From the NCBI GenBank assembly GCA_010909165.1, contig MU008155.1:2170001-2234000 (forward strand): a stretch of DNA of 64,000 nucleotides, written 5' to 3'. A model generated the notes under the pieces. It did no database searches, had not been told where the DNA came from, and saw nothing but the letters and a program-made list of their open reading frames with translations. This DNA comes from Anthoceros angustus (Eukaryota > Plantae > Anthocerotophyta). Position 1 is the first letter of the stretch; every line of letters starts with the position of its first letter. Positions 13,251 through 23,985 of this stretch are shown here, in pieces. The translations under genes and the position numbers were made by a program.

Positions 13251-13899
13251 GTTAGATCAGCACCAGCTCTTGCAGGCTTGCTCAAGAACATACGTAGTCC
13301 TGATTCTCGGGAAAGCAGAAGCAGATGAGGAGAACGTCCAGCCGCGCAGTGTGAATGCTACCAAAGTCTCATAAGAATACATAGAAGAAAGACCTCGAAA
13401 GGCGCAGCCAAGCTTTGTGGATGCTAACAGAAGAAAGGGAGCAGGGCTAAGGCAGGCAGGCACCCAGGTGCATCTGGACCTAGCTAGCAGAGGAATTGAG
13501 ACTTGGCGTGGCAACAATGGCAAATGTTTTGTCGCGTCCAAGTTTAAAGTCGACAAGCTCTGGAACGGCCTTTCATTCAATGAAAGCGCCGTTCCACCCG
13601 GCCGTGGACCGGTTTCATCTCCTCGCTCACCACCAGGCTCACCACCGACTTGTGTGGCGATTCCGATAGCCACTATGCTTGCTGAGGAATCACTTGTTGC
13701 CTATCATTGCATTGAATTCCACACTCCTGTGACCCTGGCAAGGCCGCCTAGTCCCCGACTCGAGCTCACAGCGCTAACAAGTTTGATCAAGAACATTTGA
13801 CCTTCGTTAGAAACAGCATGCATGCTCAGTGAGCATTGCTCGCCTCAACTGACCTTGCTGCTGCTGGCCATGGGTTGGCCGCGATGTGTGTGTGCGTGA

Positions 13900-15208
13900 A
13901 CAGTGTGCACCCTCGTCCTGCAGCTCAAGGCCGACAGGGTCCCTAAGCCACTGCAAGCACCACTATTACCAATTGCAGAGTTCATGACATGACATGACCG
14001 TATTAGGGTAAGCTAGGAAGGCGATCCGTGGATTTGCTCGCTGTACGCAAGCTTCCTGGAGGCACCATGGAGCTCTTTCGCTCTTGCGTTTTGCTCTTCC
14101 TTTCTCTCTCCCGAGCCTTGACGTGATGCAAGATCTGTTTCAACTCCACATGATGGTGCACATGGCGGAACATGGTCAGGAGTCCGATACAGCGCAGCCG
14201 GCTTCATCTTCCTGCAGCTGCCCTGGCTGGCCCGCTTCGAGTGGCACCCTTTCACACTGGCTTCCAGCTCCCTTGCCGAGCCGGACCGCATCTCCATTTT
14301 GGTGAAGCGGGCAGGAGAATGGACTCGGGGTTTGGAGAAGATGGTGGACGATGCTGTTCTCAAATCCGCTGCCGAGGAACAGCAAAAGCCTTTGATGCTC
14401 TCCGCATTAGTAATACATTTTAAATATTAAGGCCATCAGGTTCAAGTCTATAGAGAGTGCCGCTGGAGAACATGGACCAAGTGTTCAATTCCAAGGCGTC
14501 CCCCGCCCCGCTCTTCGCCGAGGTGGGGCGTGACAGCAGCTGGGCCGGAGTGGCAGTCCTGGCGGCATCCGTCGCGGGCTTCCTCCTCGTTTGGGGCCTC
14601 GTCGGCCAATTCTACGACAACCATGGTAACAGCAAGACAAGCTACCCATCCTGGGCCCAAGGCCTGTTCAGCCTGTTGATCATATTGCTGGGAATCACAG
14701 TCTTCGGCGGGGCCACCTCCTTGCTGTGGACCTGCTGGCTCTACTCCGCGGGACACCGAGCTAGGCTTGCATCCAGATTGCATCTCGCGAAGGATGCAAC
14801 TGGCTACTTCCCTGTCGGTGAGGTGCAATCGTCACGCTCCCCTCTCCTGGTGCAACAAGAGCGAATGCTCAAGCGCCACAGCATCCACTACGGATGCAGG
14901 GCCGATCTCAAAGGTACGAAACGTTTTTCATTATTTGTCTCATTTTCATTCTTGGGTGTCACTTGCCTTCATCAGGCACAAGCTTGGACCACTCCTTTGA
15001 AAAGGCCGTGAGGTGACGGATGCACATGTGTGTGTCTGCAGAGATTTTCAGCGATTCCGCAAAGCGGCTTGCCGGTTCCCATGTGGGAGTGATGGTGTGC
15101 GTACCCCAGGAAATGCAGCAAAGTGTGGCCTATCATTGCCAAGCCGACAGCTTCTTGTTCATAGGTCCCGTGGCCTTCCATTTCCAGTCCGTCAGCTTCG
15201 AACTGTGA
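13900..15208 (+). pseudogene. FRO paralog with large internal deletions
   Basis: Diverged blocks colinear with the first FRO: 13910-13960 vs 7325-7370, 14020-14075 vs 8255-8310, 14180-14375 vs 8440-8630, 14455-14915 vs 10255-10715, and last exon ending FHFQSVSFEL. Most of the reductase TM and NADPH domains are missing. Confidence 0.88.
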
Positions 15209-16405
15209 CTGGCTATGCATTCCAAGGCCGGGAAACCACAAAATTTAAGAGGCTTCCTTCTGCTGCCATAATTGAGACAGCAGTATCCTGTGAGGAGGGT
15301 ACAACGAGTTTGGTGATGTGATGAATCATTCCCGCCTAGAGCAATTTTTGTATACTATTTGACAGTCAACAGCCTCGGAGCTAAAGGTGACACTGTGCTC
15401 ATCATACACTCGGCCTTTGCACTCAAGCGCACCTCGACAACTGAAGGTCGCGTTGTGTGAACTTTGTCACCTCAAGCTACAATTATCGGTGTCTGGTGGT
15501 TTTACTCCTTTGGGTCTGCTGGGTGATCCCTCTCCAACCGTCCAGGTGCAAAATGTTCCACATTACTTTGTCACACAAGCATGAGCATAAGCCAACTCGA
15601 ATCATGCAGTGCTGAAGGAGGGTGACTGTTTTTGCTGGCATCGGCATTAAAAGCTTTTTAGGCAACATGGCCCTTGACGTTATACCAAAGAAAGCTGCAC
15701 TTGTTCACAGCAGTCAACTTGTTCAGTTTGATCAACCTAATGACACCCACCAGATGCCATGCTGTGTGGGCTCAAAAAAATGTATCTGGTTTGACGGGAC
15801 GTCAAAGATACCATTCTGGTGGAACTTTCTGTCCACACTCTGAGCAGTCTACCCTGTGGTATTGTCACTTCCTTTCTCTGGATCTGACCAGATACATAAG
15901 TCGTCTGCTGAGATCAATACGTTTGTATTATTCTCTAGCTGCTCGTCTCATATCCTCTGCAGATTTCTGTGAGGCAGTGCAGGAAAACGCAATATTTCTT
16001 TTTCGGAATCTGGCTTGTGATATCACAGATTCTTGACAGCAAGTTTTTGTTGGTTATGGCCGACTGCTATCAGCAGTGAAAAGATCTGAAATCTGCCTTC
16101 CCAAGTTAAGGAAGTTGAGAGTGTCATATTCAAAAGCTGGATACAGGAGCCCATCCAGTGCCCAGAATCTACAGTGAAGACAAAACAAAACAAAACAAAA
16201 CCAAGAAAGAACCTACAGTGAAAGTGAGCTCTAAGAGACAACTGTTGAGGGCGCAGCACATTCTCCAGCAGAGGAGTGAGAGGAGTGAGAGGAGTGCTGC
16301 TGGAGAATGCGCCCAGTTTCCTCAACACTCTGAACAGACTCAGAGCTCTTCTTGACACTCCTGTTCGACAAGCTTGTGACATTCCATGAAATCTAAAATA
16401 TCCAT

Positions 16406-18291
16406 CTATCCGTGGACAGATGCACGTCCGGGTGCGATGAACTTGGGATAACTGTCGGTTGGTGAGTTATTGGTCTGGCAACCCCGGGTCCACAAGCCAG
16501 ACACGGTGTGATAAGCGATGACCTCCGCCTTCACTTCCTTGTGGAAAACAAGCATCAACAGTGTGTCGCCAACAAACCCTGCGTCCGCCACCCTCGAACA
16601 GTCCCTCAACTCCTCCGGTGGGCTGGAGACAAGCGTCCACACAGTACTGTCGTCATCCAACTTGAAGATGGTGCGGTCGGGCAGCACTGCGAACAGGGTC
16701 TCCTTGGGATTGCTTGGAACAAAGTACACATCTTTCCAAGGAACACTCGGATTGACAGGCGGCACTGTGCTGATATACTCGGCCTTTGCACTCAAGCGCG
16801 CCAGTACATATAGCTGTGTGGTCCCAAAGCCCCGATGCCTCAGCAAGGCATAGATGAACCGCCTACTCAGAAAATACCAGTACAAACGCAGGCCGCCCAA
16901 AGCCAAGTCCGCGCCCATATCCAATCCCGCCTGATCAATCGATGACCGCGGAATGGGAAACCTGCTCCACGTCATCGGCGGCATTCCGTTGGCAGAGCTG
17001 GAGCAGATGTAGAAGCCTTCCGCACCGCGATCCTGTGGAGTACGGTACGACAGGGCAACGCGGAAGCTGTTATCTCCGTCCACAACCATGGCCAGGTCAC
17101 CCACATTGTCCTTCCACGGAAGAAGAGGAAGCTCCTGACAGGTGTTTCCTCCACAGGGTTGAAGACGAAGATGCGCATACCCCCGAGCCGCAGGCGCACA
17201 CGATCAGTGCCAGGAGGCCACCTTGTGCGCACCAATTCCATTCCTGCTTCAGATCTGACTCGTCCACATCCGCCGGGAGCATCATCTTCGCCACCTTCAA
17301 ACGCTCCACAGTATCAAAGCTTCCAAGGCACTGCACACAGCCACAGTTTTACCTGAGCGCAATGCTATCAAGGCGGTCTGGTCCCGGAATCTGGAAGACA
17401 TGATGAGCTTCCACCATAGCTTGCACACAGTGCAGAAGCGAGCTTGGATGACGGCTGGAAGGAAACAGCAGCACATTCTCCATCACAGTTTCTGGAAGTT
17501 CCGCCCAAAGCCAAGTCCGCGCCCATATCCAATCCCGCCTGATCAATCGATGACCGCGGAATGGGAAACCTGCTCCACGTCATCGGCGGCATTCCGTTGG
17601 CAGAGCTGGAGCAGATGTAGAAGCCGTAGAAGCCTTCCTCACCGCGATCCTGTGGAGTACGGTACGACAGGGCAACGCGGAAGCTGTTATCTCCGTCCAC
17701 AACCATGGCCAGGTCACCCACATTGTCCTTCCACGGAAGAAGAGGAAGCTCCTGACAGGGTGTTTCCTCCACAGGGTTGAAGACGAAGATGCGCATACCC
17801 CCCGAGCCGCAGGCGCACACGATCAGTGCCAGGAGGCCACCTTGTGCGCACCAATTCCATTCCTGCTTCAGATCTGACTCGTCCACATCCGCCGGGAGCA
17901 TCATCTTCGCCACCTTCAAACGCTCCACAGTATCAAAAGCTTCCAAGGCACTGCACACAGCCACAGTTTTACCTGAGCGCAATGCTATCAAGGCGGTCTG
18001 GTCCCGGAATCTGGAAGACATGATCAGCTTCCACCACAGCTTGCACACAGTGCAGAAGCGAGCTTGGATGACGGCTGGAAGAAACAGCAGCACATTCTCC
18101 ATCACAGTTTCTGGAAGTTCTGCCCAAATTTCACTCATCTCGATTGCCGGGGCTGGAGTAGGAAACGCCTCCTCCAGCAGAGTTAAGTACATCATCGGCT
18201 GCTCTTTGGCATGGCTCTTAGAGCGCGAAACCTCTTCGCTTTCTTCTGACGCTACCACATTAGGAACAATAGCCCCAGGAACACCTGCCAT
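16406..18291 (-). CDS. F-box protein (about 420 aa if the internal duplication is removed)
   Basis: F-box motif IWAELPETVMENVLLFLPAVIQARFCTVCKLWWKLIMSSRFR, followed by a beta-rich domain (GLLALIVC...IFVFNPVEETPCQELP). The C-terminal part is in ORF 16406-17104. Confidence 0.85.
16895..18128 (-). repeat. Head-to-tail duplication inside the F-box gene (~16895-17502 and 17503-18121)
   Basis: Same ~610-bp block twice. The heptamer gcccaaa lies at 16895, 17503 and 18122, i.e. at both ends and the junction. Confidence 0.93.
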
Positions 18292-18869
18292 TGTCCTTGA
18301 AACACCAAGGCGCAGAGTCTCCGGGCTGAAGCGGGGCTCTTTTAGAGCATAGAGTCTCCAAGCTCAAACGATTCTGCGAGAGAGAGAGAGAGCAGGAGTC
18401 GAGTTTGAACAAAATATTCAAAAAGCAAACAACAGTTAGCTCCAACGACATGACCAGATCGCCATCGCAGATTGGCGCGGGGCAGAGGCGGCTGCCCTGT
18501 TGCAAAGCAAGGAAGACGGTGTAGGGTATTTCAGGGGAAAACAATCACGTCACCAGAGGAGGATGCCGTACGTTAAAAACGTACGTAGCAAAGAGCTGGT
18601 ATGCCAGGTTGTTGCGGCTTCGAAGTGTACTTAAAAGGGTAATGCAACCGTCAGGCTCAGCAACTTCAGTCCTTCACCGAATTTTAATACAGTTGAACAA
18701 TCTGGACTGTAAAAAATGTATGTTGAAGACCAGAAAAGTTTGGCAATTTACAGAACATACAATATGCACAGTTCCTCCCATGATCATTGCTTCTTGCAAA
18801 GGAGCCTTTTAAAGGATCAGTCAGTCCTCCCTCCCAATCAAAGCCGTGGAAGATGACACACGAGAGTGA

Positions 18870-19879
18870 TCAGCCTGTCAGGTTTCTGAGAAACTCAGCG
18901 GCGGTAGCAATGGCTCCTCCGGTGATGGCACCTCGAACTACACTGTCATGACGGGGGTTCGACTCCGTGAGAGCTAGAGCAGCTCCAGTCAAAGCACCTC
19001 CAAACAGGGCATTTTTCTACATCCATATGAGACATTCAAGCAGTGAGCGGACAGCATTCCATTTCAAAAATGAAAAGATATAGAAGGATGGCAATCCCAG
19101 GTCGGGATCCCTGCAGGTAGTTACCCAGTCATGAACACCTCTTGCCTCTTGCATTCCATAGGTCATGCCAGAATAAACTCCAGCAACCAGTCCTGTCCAG
19201 AGCAATGCAACCACACTGTCAGCCCACATTTACACCTGAGTGACTGCTTGATCATAGTGGAGAGTGTGACTTTGAAACAGATATATCGAAGCATCCTCGA
19301 CTTACCCCACTGCACAGTCTCCTTCCCAATTCTAGACACCTGTTCCCAGCATCAGCAGTTCGTTAGATACAACACCAGCTCTTGCATGCACCAGAACATG
19401 TGCAGGAATTCTGAGAAAAGACAAGTTCACTCACCATGTTCTCAAGAGACTTCTTGTTAGTTTGCTCTGCAAGATGACGGGAACGTGGAGACACAGTGTA
19501 AAAAGAGCGTGCTGTTTGAATCGTGTCGAGGACAGAAACTATGAAACTGGCATGCAATTCCCTGAAGCCAACCGAGCAAAGGGCGTCAAGAAGAACTCTA
19601 CATGTTACCTTCCAATATGAATTTGTAGGACTCCTGACTCGCAGCGTGGAGTGCTCCAACCTAACCAAAGTACGAAGGTCTTTGCACTTAGAGCCCAGAA
19701 GCATTACAAAATGCACGAAAGGGCATCGAAGCATTCTGAGAAGCAATCCAGCGGCAGGGACTCACTCCTCCGACTTTTACGAAACCGTCCACGATGCGGT
19801 TCAAGAGAGGGTGTCCCATGTCCACCAACACATCCACGGTTGGCGTGTCCAGCTCGGCATTCACCCTAGCTTTTGGCAT
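18870..19879 (-). CDS. OEP16: Chloroplast outer envelope pore protein OEP16 (Tim17/22/23 family), multi-exon
   Basis: MPKARVNAELDTPTVDVLVDMGHPLLNRIVDGFVKVGG, GLVAGVYSGMTYGMQEARGVHDW, and final exon GAITGGAIATAAEFLRNLTG* match the OEP16 pattern. Confidence 0.88.
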
Positions 19880-20568
19880 CTTCACAGACTTTTGGTCACC
19901 CAGGTTTGCGGTTGTCCTGGCCCGGAGTAGCAGCGGATCGGAATCAGATGCGCAAACAAAGACGAACACGGCACATGTAGCAGCTGCACGGTTGCTCACC
20001 AGGAGAGAGTGAGCGGGGCTGAGGCGGGTTCCCACCTCGAGCTGGCAGAAGAAATGAGACGGCACAGTCCTCAGAGCTGCGTCGCACGAGAGTACGAAGC
20101 AGGCAGAGCTCGGAGTAGCAAGAGCTGAAGCGGAGCGGGGAACATAAGCCGGTGCCCGACGCGTGGGACCGTTCGGAACTCACGACGTCCAGGCGGCAGG
20201 CTGACAGGCAGCCAGGTGTGACCCGTGCATGTCTTTCAGATCACGCTTTGGGACGTGGAAAACTGCCACCTCGGGACTGTGTTCCAGACAACATTCTCAG
20301 GGAGGATCATCTCATGAATCCTATCCATGCATGTTTCTGATGGACGTGCTCCGATTAGGATAGGACTTGGCTTGCTCTGTCGGGCTCAACAGTTCCTCCT
20401 GCGTAGCATGTATCAAACAGTTCTCAGGCTAGCTTGTGCAACCTGCGTCACAAGTGAGGGAGGAAGGGAGACCAATGGCTGCCTCCTGGTGGGGATGGCG
20501 GGCAACGAGGCTGTCAGCCTTTTACTTCATGTTTACATGGGGAGATGGAGAGTCCTGAAGAGAGCGGC

Positions 20569-23360
20569 CTAGTCCACGACAGGATTAGGGCTTTGACGCC
20601 AGAAGAGCAGGAAGGGAGCAAGCTTGACGTCCTCTAGGCCTGTGTAGGCACGGATTAAGCTTGATCCGCTGGGATCCACCATTAGGTGACGGATGAGACG
20701 ATATCTCAGCGGATTCGGGGCCACAACGAACGTCATGAATGCAAACCAGATGAGCTGCACCGACGAGAGGTTGCATGCCAGGAAACCCTTCCACAGCCTG
20801 CCACACCCGACCACAGGCCAGCAAGCTGTGAGTCAACACCAGCACGCGGCAGAACGTGTCCGTGCGCTCGTACGGCAGGACGATTAGACGGATTACCAGT
20901 CTGGTAGCCTGAAGAAGGTCTCGAAGAAGTCCTGAAAGCCTTCCTTGTCGAATTGCAAGATCAGCTCTAACCCGAACAGAAAGAAAGCACGCTGACGTTT
21001 CCGTTCCATGGGCCACAGGGCATCCCATGCTGCAGGTGGGGCAGGGTGTGGTGAGTTGATTGGAAGGGTAATGGACACACATCACCTGGAGGACAGGAGG
21101 GAGGATTACCTTCCAGAGCCGCGTTTCTGGAGTTCTGAGGAGGCTGCAGGGACCCCTTGCCACCCATGCGAAGTGCAGCGGCGATGGCAGCAGCATAGTG
21201 CGGTGCCTCCGACAGGGACCGTACCACAGAATAACCTGCACAAGGGACACGGGAAGGGATGCAGCGAAGATGATGATCGAATGAGACTTGTGTCACAGTT
21301 CGCTGTTGAGGTTTAGTTACCAGTTGCAGGATGAACCATGCTCGCAGCCGCACCAAACCCCAAGTGCTGTTGCTTTGTGTCAGGCAGAGTGCCACCGACA
21401 GGAATGTATGACCACTCCTGGAGTTTAATGGCCGATGGTCTGGACGTTAGACAATTTGGTTCTCGAGAGATCTCAGGCAGAGGGGATGCATTCTGGTACC
21501 TCCTCGTGGACATGACTGATTTTCAGACCCATCTTCTGCAGACGCATCTCAAGCCTCTCCTTTAGCACCTCAAAGGGCATGCCTGGTCTTGCTGCTAAGC
21601 AAGTCTCCTGCCAAATGGACAATGAAGATCACATCACCGAGAGGCAAGAGGAGTGCACAGCTATGCCAGTGTTGCAGACTCCCTGTATTGTACCTCAAAG
21701 AATACTTTCGTTGAGGAGAGCGGCATGGCATATAGGAAAGTAGGGACTTTCCCCCAAGAACTGTTGTCTGTGCCGGACGTGTGGCTGCGGTAGTCCATGA
21801 ACACCATGATCTCAGGACTGTAAGGATAGTTCTCCACCTACACAACCAAGAACCGTCTCTTTTGAAGAACAAGGACCGAGAAAACAGGGAGTGGTAAGAA
21901 TGAACAGAGGTTAACAAAAGATCCCTTCAGGTACCATGGACTAAACGGCCACTGTCCATGTGACATACCTCCACCTCTATTCCATATGCTGTCTGCACGC
22001 TCACGCCTGGACCTCCAGCTTCATACTCCAAAAATTTTCCAGCGGCTGCACCCGACGCAACAGTGACCAGCCTGAACCAACCATCAACATGAGCCAGCAA
22101 GAGAGAGGCTCAGTACCTCTTGTGCCTAACCTGGTTGAGATTTGACATCCCAATTACTACTGACTTAACGACATACAAAAAGCAAGAAGCTGTGAATACA
22201 TTTGACTCACCTGCAACTGACCTTTCTCCCAGTGGCGCATACTACAATGCTACCATTTTCATCAGTGTCAACGATCTGTTCTACTTGAGAATCCAGGTAC
22301 CTAACCCCTGACTGCGCACATCTGCAGGTTTTGAGGAAAAAACACGGCTCTTCAGCACAGACACCAGCACTACTTCCTCCTGAATCTCCTCCAAGATAAC
22401 AGTACAGAACAAGAACATTAACCTTTTCAGCAGCTCCTCACGGAGCAAATTCCTGCTCACACGACCATATGCCCGCCCAATCATAAGCGGAGTTTCATCC
22501 TCAAAGTACATGGCCGAATCTTTCCATGTGGCCTCTATGCAATTTTCCAGCCCAAGAGCTACGACCCACACCACCTGACAATGAGAACCACAGGCCTAGG
22601 ATACAACCAGAACATAAAATGCACAAACCTGCCAGCCTTACCTGAAAATTCATCCTCCCACACACCATAATTGTTGACAAAAGGAAGGTCGGGACCGATC
22701 AACCCGACATTCAAACCCTGTTTAGCAGCCTCCGCCGCCAGCGATAACCCCGCCGGGCCACAACCAATGACCACGAGGTCCACCACCTCGTCCCCTGGCA
22801 AAAGTGCTTCCAGCTGAAAACAGAAAGCAGAGGAAGGGACCGCATCACCGTGCTTGCCTCAACACTGCAGTCTGCGACACCGAGCTGAAAACCACGAGGT
22901 AAGAACAAACCGTGCTAGTTATGCTCCGCTGCTCCATTGCTTTTGACGCCTGCAGCTGTACCAGATCCAATTCATTCCCTCCAGCTTTGATGAAGTCCTG
23001 CTCATCAGCATACTTCTCCTCCACAGGCACGCAGGCAGCCCCCCTGGCCGCGTCCACAGCCTGCCCCCTCCTCCCACCCGCTTGGCACAAAATGCACCTC
23101 TTCCTGGTGCAGCCCACCAGCTCCCGGCAGTAGTCCGACGTACTACATTCCCTGTCCCCCGGAAATGCCACACAGCCGGGGCCGGGGCCGAGGCCGGAGC
23201 CGGCGCTGAGCTTCGCAGAAGCATCCCCAAAAGAACCACACATTGGCCTACATCGCAACGAGCGCTGCAAGCTGAGCCCTTTCCAGTTGCACGCAGGGCC
23301 AGCCTTGGGCGAGCCGCAATTCACGGCGCTGAACGCAGCCGACTTCGACATGACTTTCAT
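20569..23360 (-). CDS. LCYE: Lycopene epsilon-cyclase, multi-exon, with plastid transit peptide
   Basis: EEKYADEQDFIKAGGNELDLVQLQASK (epsilon-specific N-terminal region), DLVVIGCGPAGLSLA, PFVNNYGVWEDEF, IGRAYGRVSR, LWPMERKRQRAFFLFGL, DPSGSSLIRAY. Start ATG is 23360 or 23351. Confidence 0.92.
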
Positions 23361-23985
23361 AGTTCCCCACCTGCCGCCCTCCAAAGCTCACCGACCGGAC
23401 CCGGCCAGCGACCGCCTTCCACGACCAGCACTGCGAGCCTCACAGGCCCAGTGCACCTTCGGTGCGGAGCTCTAAGGCCTCCCGCATCGCCCACAGAACG
23501 GCATTGGCCAGTGCGAAACCAGAATCTTCAAGTGGGTCGAATCCCGCCACAACAATGCAGCAACAGCCCACAAAATCCGTGACACCAACGCACACTTCCC
23601 TTCTTCTCTTGGTCGCAAATTTAGGAGGAGCGCAGAAGGTAGCAGGAATTCCAAGCTGCCAGTCCCCACGGGCTCTGCGAACGCTAGCCTTCCAGCTAGG
23701 AGAGGAACCGCTGTTGGCCCACGCTTATGATAAGGCCCAGCAATGTTCGTTTGCTGCTCTTCACGCCACATCTCCCTGCTGGTGCGCTAAATTCCTTTAC
23801 CGAACTGCTTATGTGCTAACATTATCAACTGAGCCTCGGCCAATGGTGTAACTTCCCCACACCACGTTCCTGAGCAGGGAAAGAGCCCCGTCGCAGAGGT
23901 GGAATCAAATTTGAAGTCCATGCCAGTACACAGTGTCTGGAAGCTATTTTACACAGGATTTACTAAGAAATCGGGCATTGTCTAC

